Source: Lachnospiraceae bacterium (GTDB lineage Bacteria > Bacteroidota > Bacteroidia > Bacteroidales > Bacteroidaceae). From it: a DNA stretch of 64,000 nucleotides. This document shows, piece by piece, positions 28,896-38,599 of the stretch; the stretch's first letter is position 1, and each line of letters starts with the position of its first letter. The stretch covers positions 1,167 through 65,166 of the forward strand of contig CAVCSC010000008.1 of the NCBI GenBank assembly GCA_963604975.1. The letters are read 5' to 3'. The position numbers and the translations under genes are program-made. The notes beneath the pieces are model-generated. The model made no database searches. It saw nothing but the letters and a program-made list of their open reading frames with translations, and was not told where the DNA came from.

Positions 28896-29019
28896 AAGCG
28901 GGCTCTAAAATTCTACGTATTGTTATACGTTCTCTTTCAGGCGGGTTCTAAAGCGAATTCTGCAACCCCCAAAAAACCCTAAAATCAGAATAATTATAGT
29001 TAAATATACGCGTTGAGCA

Positions 29020-29050
29020 TTTGAATGTGTTCGAATTGTCGGTAAATTTG
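29020..29050 (+). promoter_or_regulatory. -33/-7 promoter of RND efflux operon
   Basis: TTTG, 19-nt spacer, TAAATTTG. Confidence 0.65.
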
Positions 29051-29191
29051 CACCGCGAAAACTTAAAGAGTGCTTAAAGTTTTCTCAGTGCAATACTTTT
29101 GTCCCCCCCTTGACGACGCGTTTGTCGAACGCCGAAAGGGACAAAATGCCCCCACTAACTTGACCAAATATATTCAATTATAATAATAGGT

Positions 29192-30394
29192 ATGAAAAAA
29201 ACAAAATTCTTATTAGTTGCGGCTATGGCTGCGCTTCTCGTCTCTTGCGGCGGTAGCAAGAAGCAGGGAAAACCCGACTTTGGCGACAACGAATATGCCG
29301 TGAGAACCATCACGGGACAATCCGCTGACCTTCAGAGCACCTATCCCGCCACCATCAAGGGTGTGCAGGACGTGGAAATCCGCCCGAAAGTATCTGGCTT
29401 CATCACCAAACTGTGTGTCAAGGAAGGCCAGAGCGTGAAGGCAGGCCAACTGCTTTTCGTCATCGACAACGTGACCTACGCAGCAGCCGTACGTCAAGCC
29501 AAGGCAGCAGTAAACTCCGCCAAGGCGCAACTCAATACAGCCCGTCTGACCTATAACAACAGCGAGAAACTCTTCAAGAACAATGTCATCGGCTCCTACG
29601 AACTCCAGTCGGCAAAGAACGCCATGGAGTCGGCAGCCGCACAACTCGCACAGGCAGAGGCCAGCTATGTATCAGCCAAGCAAAATCTTGACTTCTGCTA
29701 CGTCACCAGCCCCGCATCCGGCGTTATCGGCGACCTGCCCTACCGTGTCGGTGCCCTCGTGAGCGCAAGCAGCCAGCAAGCCCTCACCACCGTTTCGAAC
29801 ATCAGCACCATGCAGGTATACTTCTCCATGACCGAGAAAGACCTCCTCAGCATGACCAAGACCGCCGGTGGCATACACGCAGCCATCAAGGACTACCCCG
29901 CAGTGAAACTGCAGTTGGCCGATGGTACCATCTACAATCAGCCCGGACACGTAGCCACCGTGAGCGGTGTCATCGACCCGACCACCGGTTCGGTATCTAT
30001 GCGTGCTGACTTCCCCAACCCCGACCACCTGCTCAAGAGCGGCGGTTCCGGTTCTATCGTCGTACCCCACGTGACCAACTCGGCCATCATCATCCCCCAG
30101 GATGCCGTATCACAGGTACAGGACAAACTCTTTGTATATGTCGTAGGCAAGGACAACAAGGTGAAATATACCGCAGTCACTGTTGACCCCAACAACGACG
30201 GCAAGAACTACATCATCACCAGCGGACTCAATATCGGTGACCGCATCGTCATCAACGGTATCTCCGCACTCACCGACGGACAGGAAATCAAGCCTATCAC
30301 AGAGGCTCAGTACGCCGAAAAACTCAAGAAGACCGAGCAACTGGGTGCCGACCAGAGCGACATCAACAAACTCAAGAAGGACTTCGGCAAATAA
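29192..30394 (+). CDS. RND efflux periplasmic adaptor (membrane fusion lipoprotein)
   Basis: Lipobox LVSC; EIRPKVSGFI...V.EG..VK.GQ.LF.ID; TGSV..RA.FPNP. Confidence 0.94.
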   Translation: MKKTKFLLVAAMAALLVSCGGSKKQGKPDFGDNEYAVRTITGQSADLQSTYPATIKGVQDVEIRPKVSGFITKLCVKEGQSVKAGQLLFVIDNVTYAAAVRQAKAAVNSAKAQLNTARLTYNNSEKLFKNNVIGSYELQSAKNAMESAAAQLAQAEASYVSAKQNLDFCYVTSPASGVIGDLPYRVGALVSASSQQALTTVSNISTMQVYFSMTEKDLLSMTKTAGGIHAAIKDYPAVKLQLADGTIYNQPGHVATVSGVIDPTTGSVSMRADFPNPDHLLKSGGSGSIVVPHVTNSAIIIPQDAVSQVQDKLFVYVVGKDNKVKYTAVTVDPNNDGKNYIITSGLNIGDRIVINGISALTDGQEIKPITEAQYAEKLKKTEQLGADQSDINKLKKDFGK

Positions 30395-30521
30395 TCAATG
30401 GTGAAGGTGCAAGGCGGGACTGAAAACTCCCGTCGCCAACAAACCATAAATTACGGGTTGTGTTTTGCCATCCGGCAAAGCCAATTATCAGAACCCACCT
30501 CAATTATAAAAGCGTCAATCA

Positions 30522-33500
30522 ATGAAATTAGATAACTTTATCAAGCGCCCGGTGCTCTCGACGGTGATCTCCATCCTCATCGTCATACTGGGTGTCATCG
30601 GCTTGATTTCGCTGCCTATCGAGCAGTACCCGAACATCGCGCCGCCTACCATCATGGTGCGCGCCTCGTATACCGGAGCCAATGCCGAGACGGTGATGAA
30701 CTCCGTCCTGGCTCCGCTTGAGGAACAAATCAACGGTGTAGAAGGCATGACCTACATGACCTCCTCGGCCACCAACGACGGTTCGGCCTCTATCACCGTA
30801 TACTTCAAGCAAGGCATGGATGCCGACATGTGTCAGGTGAACGTGCAGAACCGCGTGTCGCAGGCTTCCGCCCTCCTTCCCGCTGAGGTAACGAAGGCCG
30901 GTGTGACCGTCATGAAGCGTCAGTCGTCTACCGTGATCCTCTTCGGTCTGACCGCCGATGACGACCGCTACGACGACAAGTTCCTTGCCAACTACGCCAA
31001 CATCAACGTCGTTCCGGCCATCAAGCGTGTCAACGGTGTGGGTGAGTGCCAGTGCTTCTCACAGAAAGACTACACCATGCGTCTGTGGATCGACCCCGTG
31101 AAGATGAAGAGTTACAGCCTCATCCCCAGCGACCTCACTGGCGTGCTCTCCCAGCAAAACATCGAGGCCGCCCCGGGTTCAGTAGGCGAGTCGAGCGACA
31201 ACCAGTACCAGTACACCTTCCGCTACAAAGGCCGTCTGAAGTCTCCTGAGGAGTTCGGCAACATGATCATCAAGTCCACCCAAGACGGACAGACCATCCG
31301 CGTGAAGGACGTAGCCCGTGTCGAGATGGGTGCCCTCTCCTATACTGTTGCCTCACAGCTCAACGGCAAGCCCTCTGTCACCATGATGGTGACCCAGACC
31401 GCTGGCTCCAACGCCACCGAGATTGCCACCAACATCAAGAAACTCCTCGCCGAACAGGAGAGCACCTTGCCTCCCGGCATACACTTCGATGTGATGCAGG
31501 ACGTGACCGAGTTCCTCTACGCCTCTATCGAGGACCTTGTGAAGACCCTTGTCGAGGCTTTCATCCTCGTGTTCATCGTGGTATACGTCTTCCTGCAGGA
31601 CTGGCGCTCCACGCTCATTCCTCTGATTGCCGTTCCGGTATCACTGATCGGTACCTTCTTCTTCCTCTATGTGTTCGGCTTCTCGCTCAACCTGCTGACC
31701 CTGGCCGCCCTTGTACTTGCCATCGCCATCGTGGTCGATGACGCCATCGTGGTCGTCGAGGCCGTACACGCCAAACTCGACCTCGGCTACAAGTCGGCCC
31801 GTCTGGCCTCCATCGATGCCATGAACGAGATTTCGGGTGCCATCATCTCCATCACGCTGGTTATGGCTGCCGTGTTCGTGCCGGTATCATTCATCGGCGG
31901 AACGTCAGGTACGTTCTACCGTGAGTTCGGTATCACCATGGCCATCTCCATCATCATCTCGGCGCTCAACGCCTTGACCCTCTCCCCTGCCCTGTGTGCC
32001 ATCTTCCTCAAACCGAAGAATGAGGACGGCAGCGATCGCAAGATGACCATCATCGACCGTTTCCACGCCTCCTTCAATGCCGCTTACGGCAAGGTACAGG
32101 ACAAGTATACCCGCGGTGTACGCAAACTCGTGGAACGCCCTGTCATCGCCATTGGCGCCGTCATCGTCGGCATCGCTGCAATGGCCGTCCTGATGGGAAC
32201 CACCAAGACCGGTCTTGTGCCCGACGAGGATACAGGTACCGTATTCTGTACCGTCTCTACCCCTCCGGGAACCTCTATGAAGAAGACCGAGGAAGTGATG
32301 GACCAGGTAGACCGCATGCTGGCTACCAACCCCGCCATCCAGAGCCGTATGCGCATCGCCGGTTACAACTTCATCGCCGGACAGGGTTCCAACCAAGGTA
32401 CGTTCATCATCAAACTGAAATCGTTTGAGGAGCGTCAGAAAGAGGAAGGACCGCTGAAATACATCGGCGTACACAACCTCGGTTCGTCGATGGTACTCGG
32501 TATGATCTACAAGCAGACTGCCGCCATCAAGGGCGCACAGATATTGGCCTTCCAGCCGCCTATGGTACAGGGTTTCTCCGCCACCAACGGTCTGACCTTC
32601 TCTATGCAGGACCGCACCGGAGGCGATGTCAACAAGTTCTTCGAAGTGACCCAGAAGTTCATCGCCGAACTCAACAAGCGTCCGGAGATCTCCAACGCCA
32701 TGACCTCCTACAACGCCAACTATCCGCAGTACAAGATTGATGTCGACGTGGCCAAGTGCAAGCAGAGCGGCATCGACCCCTCCACCGTACTGACCACTAT
32801 GCAGGGATACTACGGCGGTATGTACGCCAGCAACTTCAACTCCTACGGTAAACTCTACCGCGTGTACATCCAGGCCCCGCCAGAGGAGCGTGCCGACCTG
32901 AAGAGTCTGAGCAATATCTTCGTTCGTACCTCTACCGGCGACATGGCCCCCATACAGGAGTACGTGTCACTGAGCCGCATCTACGGTCCGCAGGAGATTG
33001 ACCGCTTCAACCTCTTCACCGCCATCAACGTGAACGCATCGGCAGCCGATGGATACTCTACCGGCGACGCCCTCAATGCCATGTCTGAGGTGGCAAAGAC
33101 CTCACTGCCGTCGGGATACACCTACGAGTTCTCCGGTCTGACCCGTACCGAGCAGGAGTCGAGCAACTCCACCGCCATCATCTTCGTGCTCTGTCTGACC
33201 TTCGTATACCTGATCTTGTCGGCCCAGTACGAGAGTTACGTTCTGCCGTTGTCGGTCATCCTCTCCATACCGTTCGGTTTGGCAGGAGCCTTCATCTTCA
33301 CCAACCTCTTCGGCAAGAACAACGACATCTACATGCAGATCGCCCTCATCATGCTGATGGGTCTTCTGGCCAAGAACGCCATCCTTATCGTGCAGTTCGC
33401 CCTCGAACGCCGCCGTACCGGTATGGCCATCTCGTGGTCGGCAGTACTCGGTGCATCGGCCCGTCTGCGTCCTATCTTGATGACCTCACTGGCCATGATC

Positions 33501-33776
33501 ATCGGTCTTCTGCCTATGCTGATGCCTTGGGGTGTAGGCTACAACGGAAACATGACCCTCGGTGCAGCCGCTGTCGGCGGTATGCTCATCGGTATGCTTT
33601 GCCAGATCATGGTCGTACCTGCCCTGTTCTACCTTTTCCAGAAACTGCAGGAGAAGATCAAGCCTATCGAGTTTGAGGACGACAACGCCTCCGTCGACAC
33701 TGAGATCAAGCAGTACACCAACCCCTACATTGCCGGTGCGCTGCAGGAACAGATAGAGAAGAATTCCCAAAAGTAA
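30522..33776 (+). CDS. RND efflux permease (AcrB/HAE1 family)
   Basis: FIKRPV, LPIEQYPNIAPP, IVVDDAIVVVE, LTLSPALC, LAKNAILIV, RLRPILMTS. Confidence 0.96.
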   Translation: MKLDNFIKRPVLSTVISILIVILGVIGLISLPIEQYPNIAPPTIMVRASYTGANAETVMNSVLAPLEEQINGVEGMTYMTSSATNDGSASITVYFKQGMDADMCQVNVQNRVSQASALLPAEVTKAGVTVMKRQSSTVILFGLTADDDRYDDKFLANYANINVVPAIKRVNGVGECQCFSQKDYTMRLWIDPVKMKSYSLIPSDLTGVLSQQNIEAAPGSVGESSDNQYQYTFRYKGRLKSPEEFGNMIIKSTQDGQTIRVKDVARVEMGALSYTVASQLNGKPSVTMMVTQTAGSNATEIATNIKKLLAEQESTLPPGIHFDVMQDVTEFLYASIEDLVKTLVEAFILVFIVVYVFLQDWRSTLIPLIAVPVSLIGTFFFLYVFGFSLNLLTLAALVLAIAIVVDDAIVVVEAVHAKLDLGYKSARLASIDAMNEISGAIISITLVMAAVFVPVSFIGGTSGTFYREFGITMAISIIISALNALTLSPALCAIFLKPKNEDGSDRKMTIIDRFHASFNAAYGKVQDKYTRGVRKLVERPVIAIGAVIVGIAAMAVLMGTTKTGLVPDEDTGTVFCTVSTPPGTSMKKTEEVMDQVDRMLATNPAIQSRMRIAGYNFIAGQGSNQGTFIIKLKSFEERQKEEGPLKYIGVHNLGSSMVLGMIYKQTAAIKGAQILAFQPPMVQGFSATNGLTFSMQDRTGGDVNKFFEVTQKFIAELNKRPEISNAMTSYNANYPQYKIDVDVAKCKQSGIDPSTVLTTMQGYYGGMYASNFNSYGKLYRVYIQAPPEERADLKSLSNIFVRTSTGDMAPIQEYVSLSRIYGPQEIDRFNLFTAINVNASAADGYSTGDALNAMSEVAKTSLPSGYTYEFSGLTRTEQESSNSTAIIFVLCLTFVYLILSAQYESYVLPLSVILSIPFGLAGAFIFTNLFGKNNDIYMQIALIMLMGLLAKNAILIVQFALERRRTGMAISWSAVLGASARLRPILMTSLAMIIGLLPMLMPWGVGYNGNMTLGAAAVGGMLIGMLCQIMVVPALFYLFQKLQEKIKPIEFEDDNASVDTEIKQYTNPYIAGALQEQIEKNSQK

Positions 33777-33783
33777 GACAAAG

Positions 33784-35166
33784 ATGAAAATCAATAGACT
33801 GATAGCGTTCGCCTCTGCCGCCCTCCTACTGAGCAGTTGCGGACTATACAACAAATATGAGCGTCCCGACGTGAACACCACGGGCCTGGTGCGCGACCCG
33901 TCCGTCACCACCGATACGCTCGCCGTGGCAGACACGGCAAGTTTCGGCAACCTGCCGTGGCGCAGCGTCTTCACCGACCCGCAGTTGCAAGTGCTCATCG
34001 ACTCTGCACTGGCACACAACACCAATATGCTCAACGCCGCCCTCAACGTGAAGATGGTAGAGGCACAACTGATGGCCGCCAAACTGGCCTTCGTACCCTC
34101 GTTCACCTTCTCGCCGCAAGGTACCATCACCTCTTGGGACGGCAACAAGGCGACCAAGACCTACCAACTGCCCATCTCGGCCAGTTGGAGTGTCGACCTC
34201 TTCGGCAACCTGCTCAACCAGAAGCGCTCTGCACAAATGGCGCTTCTGGCCACCAAAGACTACCAGCTCGTCGTACAGACCAGCCTCATCTCCAATGTGG
34301 CCAACATGTACTACACACTCCTTATGCTCGACAAGCAACTGCAGGTAGTCAACAACATGGCCGACCTCACCAAGGACACTTGGAACATCATGAAGATACA
34401 GAAGGATCTTGGCCGCACACGCGAGACCTCCGTACAAAGCGCCGAGAGCAACTACTACTCTGTACTGGCACAGGCCACCGACCTGAAGCGGCAGATACGC
34501 GAGACCGAAAACTCGCTCTCCCTGATTCTCGGACAACCGGCCCAAACCATCGCCCGCGGCACGTTCGAAGGACAGTCGCTGCCGGAGCAGTTCTCTACCG
34601 GCATCGGCCTACAACTGCTTTCCAACCGTCCCGACGTACACTACGCAGAGATGTCACTGGCGCAGTGCTTCTATGATGTCAACACCGCCCGCTCGAAGTT
34701 CTATCCGAACATCACCATCAGCGGTTCCGGTACGTTCACCAACAGTTACGGTACAATCGTCAACCCCGGCAAGTGGTTGCTGTCGGCCGTAGGAAGCCTC
34801 GTGCAACCTATCTTCCAGCACGGACAACTCATCGCCAACCTCAAGGTAGCCAAAGCCCAGCAGGAACAGGCCTACAACACTTGGCAAAACGCCGTGCTCT
34901 CTGCCGGTAGCGAGGTGAGCAACGCCCTCGTACTCTACAACTCGTCGGCCGAGAAGAGCGATCTCGAAGCCAAGCAGATAGAGAGCCTCAAGAAAAACGT
35001 GGAGTATACCAAGATGCTCTTCAATGACGGTAGCAGCACCTACCTCGAAGTGATCACCGCCCAGCAGAGTCTGCTCAACGCCGAACTCTCCAAGGTGGCT
35101 GACGACTTCTACAAGATGCAGGCCGTCGTCAATCTCTACTACGCACTCGGCGGCGGAAGACAATAG
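33784..35166 (+). CDS. Outer membrane efflux lipoprotein (TolC/OprM family)
   Basis: Lipobox LSSC, W...F.DP.L..LI, RPDV..AE, YLEVI.AQ, LYYALGGG. Confidence 0.94.
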   Translation: MKINRLIAFASAALLLSSCGLYNKYERPDVNTTGLVRDPSVTTDTLAVADTASFGNLPWRSVFTDPQLQVLIDSALAHNTNMLNAALNVKMVEAQLMAAKLAFVPSFTFSPQGTITSWDGNKATKTYQLPISASWSVDLFGNLLNQKRSAQMALLATKDYQLVVQTSLISNVANMYYTLLMLDKQLQVVNNMADLTKDTWNIMKIQKDLGRTRETSVQSAESNYYSVLAQATDLKRQIRETENSLSLILGQPAQTIARGTFEGQSLPEQFSTGIGLQLLSNRPDVHYAEMSLAQCFYDVNTARSKFYPNITISGSGTFTNSYGTIVNPGKWLLSAVGSLVQPIFQHGQLIANLKVAKAQQEQAYNTWQNAVLSAGSEVSNALVLYNSSAEKSDLEAKQIESLKKNVEYTKMLFNDGSSTYLEVITAQQSLLNAELSKVADDFYKMQAVVNLYYALGGGRQ

Positions 35167-35261
35167 GTGGAATACAGGGTACCATCCCTGCGCAGGTGGA
35201 TGCTAAAATCCAGTGTCCACCTGCACACGCCAATAACGCATTGACCCCAAAAACAACAATT

Positions 35262-36041
35262 ATGAGCAACATCAGCGAAAAAGCATATATCGACCCCAAG
35301 GCGAAAATAGGCAAAAACGTCACCGTCTACCCCTTCGCCTATATCGAGGGCGACGTGGAGATAGGCGACGACTGCATCATCTACCCCTACGTAAGCATTC
35401 TGAACGGCACAACGCTCGGACACGGCAACAAGGTATTCCAGAATACCGTACTCGGCGCAGAGCCCCAGGACTTCAACTACAAGGGTGACGTGACCCGTCT
35501 CGTCATCGGCAACGAGAACATCTTCCGTGAGAACGTGGTCATCAACCGTGCCACCTTCACCGACGGTGAAACCCGCATCGGCAACCGCAACTTCTTCATG
35601 GAAGGCGTGCACATCTCGCACGACACCAAGGTCGACGACTACTGCACCTTCGGATACGGTACCAAGATTGCCGGCGACTGCGAGATACACAGCGCAGCCA
35701 TCTTCTCTTCTGGCGTCATCGTCAACTCCAACGTACGTATCGGCGGTGCTTCTATGGTGACCGGCGGCGTGCGCATCAGCCACGACGTGCCGCCCTACAT
35801 CGTCGCCACAGACAACCCCGTACGCTACGGCGGCATCAACGAAAGTGTACTCAAGAATTCGGGCATCGACGAGAAAATCATCGGTCATATCGCCAATGCC
35901 TACCGCCTTGTATTCCACGGACAGACCAGCGTGTTCGACGCTATCATCCAAATCAAGGAGCAGGTGCCCGACGGCAAAGAAGTGCGCAGCATCATCCGCT
36001 TCCTTGAGAATACCAAGATTGGTATCATCAGCAAGATGTAA
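35262..36041 (+). CDS. LpxA-like acyl-ACP--UDP-GlcNAc O-acyltransferase paralog
   Basis: Hexapeptide repeats, G.EPQD, RE.V.INR.T, HISHD, DVPPY; start MSNISEK. Confidence 0.85.
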   Translation: MSNISEKAYIDPKAKIGKNVTVYPFAYIEGDVEIGDDCIIYPYVSILNGTTLGHGNKVFQNTVLGAEPQDFNYKGDVTRLVIGNENIFRENVVINRATFTDGETRIGNRNFFMEGVHISHDTKVDDYCTFGYGTKIAGDCEIHSAAIFSSGVIVNSNVRIGGASMVTGGVRISHDVPPYIVATDNPVRYGGINESVLKNSGIDEKIIGHIANAYRLVFHGQTSVFDAIIQIKEQVPDGKEVRSIIRFLENTKIGIISKM

Positions 36042-36093
36042 GATCTGACAGAACACACTGAAAGACGACAAACACTCGTTTTTTCATACCGCT

Positions 36094-36133
36094 ATGACGC
36101 ATCAGGACTTGGTCCGCGATGCGTCATTTTTTT
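36094..36133 (+). terminator. Intrinsic terminator
   Basis: ATGACGCATC..GATGCGTCAT followed by T-run. Confidence 0.75.
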
Positions 36134-36194
36134 GTTTTTTCACTACCTTTGCACCATCGACATTATCATCAAACAAGACATACACGCAAAGGCC

Positions 36195-37196
36195 ATGACA
36201 AAAAGAATTCTCATCATACTGCTTGTCGCCGCTACGCTCGCTCTCCCCGCTCTGGCGCGGCGACAGACCAACCGACCAAAGGTAGGACTCGTGCTCGGAG
36301 GTGGAGGAGCCAAAGGTGCAGCCACCGTCGGAGCACTGAAGTACATCGAGCGGTCGGGCATACCCATCGACTACATTGCCGGAACAAGCATCGGAGCCAT
36401 CATCGGCGGTCTCTACTCCTGCGGCTACCGCAGCGAAGAACTGGACAGCATGTTTCGTCATCAGGACTGGCTCACCTTGCTCAGCGACCGCGACACGACA
36501 CTCACCGGACGTATGTTTGCCCGGCGCGACGGTACGACCTACGTCTTCGGTTTCCCGGTCAGACGGCGCGACCGCACCAAAAAGAACAAGTCGGTAGGAC
36601 TCATGTACGGCGACCATGTGACCCAACTGCTCGACTCCATGACCCAACGCCTTGACAGCATCTCGTTTGACAGTCTTCCCATTCCGTTCCGATGTGTGGC
36701 CACCGACTACCGCAACCATCGCAAGGTGGTACTCTCCAGCGGAAGACTCTCGCAGGCCATACGTGCCAGCATGGCCATACCGGGCGCATTCAAAGCCATA
36801 GAAATAGATAGCGTGAAACTGCTTGATGGCGGACTGACAGACAACTTGCCTGTCGACGTGGTGCGCGACATGGGAGCCGACATCGTGATTGCCATCGACC
36901 TCACCCAAAACAAACATGAGGACGAGGATTTGGACCGCCGACTCAAACGCCGCCGCTTCCGCAAGGCCAAAAGCAATCTGGGACGCATACTACGCTGGGC
37001 CACCCAACGGCCAGACCTGCCGCTCTACCGCGAAAACCTCAAACATATCGACGTATACATCAATCCCGACCTCAAGGGTTTCAGTGCCGGAAGTTTCAGT
37101 GAAAAGAAAGTGGGCAAGATGATAAAAAAGGGCGAAGAGGCTGGAGCAAAAGCCATGAAACAACTTCGGCGGATACGCAAACGCATCCGCCGATAG
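36195..37196 (+). CDS. Patatin-like phospholipase (secreted)
   Basis: LGGGGAKG, GTSIG, ASMAIP, DGG; signal peptide; TACCTTTG at 36144-51. Confidence 0.92.
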   Translation: MTKRILIILLVAATLALPALARRQTNRPKVGLVLGGGGAKGAATVGALKYIERSGIPIDYIAGTSIGAIIGGLYSCGYRSEELDSMFRHQDWLTLLSDRDTTLTGRMFARRDGTTYVFGFPVRRRDRTKKNKSVGLMYGDHVTQLLDSMTQRLDSISFDSLPIPFRCVATDYRNHRKVVLSSGRLSQAIRASMAIPGAFKAIEIDSVKLLDGGLTDNLPVDVVRDMGADIVIAIDLTQNKHEDEDLDRRLKRRRFRKAKSNLGRILRWATQRPDLPLYRENLKHIDVYINPDLKGFSAGSFSEKKVGKMIKKGEEAGAKAMKQLRRIRKRIRR

Positions 37197-37219
37197 AGTG
37201 AGGATAGAGTTTTTTTAGG

Positions 37220-37289
37220 CTCCCGACTGGAGAAGACAGTTTAACTCCCGACTGGAGAAGACAGTTTAGCCCCAACCGGAGAAAAAAGG
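37220..37289. repeat. ~25-bp tandem repeat, two near-exact copies plus one degenerate
   Basis: CTCCCGACTGGAGAAGACAGTTTAA / CTCCCGACTGGAGAAGACAGTTTAG / CCCCAACCGGAGAAAAAAGG. Confidence 0.8.
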
Positions 37290-38537
37290 TCAAAAGCGGA
37301 AACCGAAGAAGCAACGGATGCGCCACTTGTCGCGCCGCACCTCCAACCGTTTCTCGTCGCCCGCCACGGAATAATTGTATACCATCGTAGCCCCTAAAAA
37401 CTTGTTGCGCCAAGAGTACAGGGCGGCCCCGCGCCCGGTAACGACGGCACTCGGGAAATGGTAGGCCATACTGTTGCGCACGCCCTCCTCCTTGGTATAG
37501 TCGTGCGAGTAGACGGTCAGCGTAGGCAGGGCCGAGAGATGGAAAAGCCAATGATGTCCGGCGACCAGATTGTAGCCGTAGCCTGCCCCGACAGCCACCT
37601 CGGCCGTACGTATCTTCAAGGTGGGTGCATCGGTCGACTCGGCAGTACGTATATCGGTGCGCGTACCGTCAAAACTTGCGCCTAACATCCAACTGCCGGC
37701 ACTCCGCCGCTGCACATAACTCTGACTGAAGGCTGCTGGAAAAGAAAACCTACGACCGTTGAAGGCATAATACACATTGACATTGAGTGCCTTTTGCCGC
37801 ACCATACCACTACTGATGGGTGTCTCTACCCCTCCCACTGTTCTTGATCCGCTATAGGTGTTCGAAGCCAAGTAGACGATATCAAAACCGAAACGGTTGC
37901 CGTAGGAATTGAGGTTGAACTCATAGTCCTTGCCCTTGCCTACCCATTTGGCCGGATTGACGGCAACGCCAAGCCCCAAGCCACGGTAGAGCACACTGAC
38001 ACTCATCGTACCGCGGTACTCTGACCGCACCGTCATTTCGTCGCGCACGCCATTGGGCGTACTGACAATACGGAGTTTGGCTCCCGAGATATTGCCGCGC
38101 AACTTGACCGTCCATCTACCACCAGGGCGGACAATATAGGCCGTGTCGATATTCTTCTTGCGATAGTTCAGCGCCAATAGCGAGTCGCCGCTGAAAAGAT
38201 AACCGTCTATACGCGCCAGACGGCGCATCACCTTGCGGTACTTCAACGAGTCGATGTCGCCCTTGCGGAGACGTTCGCGATAGAGCGTATCCATCCATTG
38301 CAACATATAGCCGTGGTCGGCGGCATACCGCATACGCAACCTCAGACTGTCGGCTACATCGAGCAACCGCTCCGTACGCTGACGCAGCGTCTTGCGCTTT
38401 TTCTTCTTGGCAGACATGTCTGCTGGATACAACATTAGCAGACAGACGGTCAGACAGACCATCACGGGGAAAGATACCTTGCGGAACATCAGTATTGACA
38501 CTTTATGACAGGAAATGGTAAAATCGGTTTTCTGCAT
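37290..38537 (-). CDS. DUF4421-like outer membrane beta-barrel protein (start uncertain, may be 38489)
   Basis: DTAYI, YAFNGRRFSFPAAF.QSY.Q.RSAGS, GAGYGYN, C-terminal FGFRF. Confidence 0.75.
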   Translation of the reverse strand: MQKTDFTISCHKVSILMFRKVSFPVMVCLTVCLLMLYPADMSAKKKKRKTLRQRTERLLDVADSLRLRMRYAADHGYMLQWMDTLYRERLRKGDIDSLKYRKVMRRLARIDGYLFSGDSLLALNYRKKNIDTAYIVRPGGRWTVKLRGNISGAKLRIVSTPNGVRDEMTVRSEYRGTMSVSVLYRGLGLGVAVNPAKWVGKGKDYEFNLNSYGNRFGFDIVYLASNTYSGSRTVGGVETPISSGMVRQKALNVNVYYAFNGRRFSFPAAFSQSYVQRRSAGSWMLGASFDGTRTDIRTAESTDAPTLKIRTAEVAVGAGYGYNLVAGHHWLFHLSALPTLTVYSHDYTKEEGVRNSMAYHFPSAVVTGRGAALYSWRNKFLGATMVYNYSVAGDEKRLEVRRDKWRIRCFFGFRF

Positions 38538-38599
38538 ATTCTTGCTCTTTTGAGGCGTGTTCTAAAGTTTGCTATGGATTTTTCAGCACCCGTCATACA

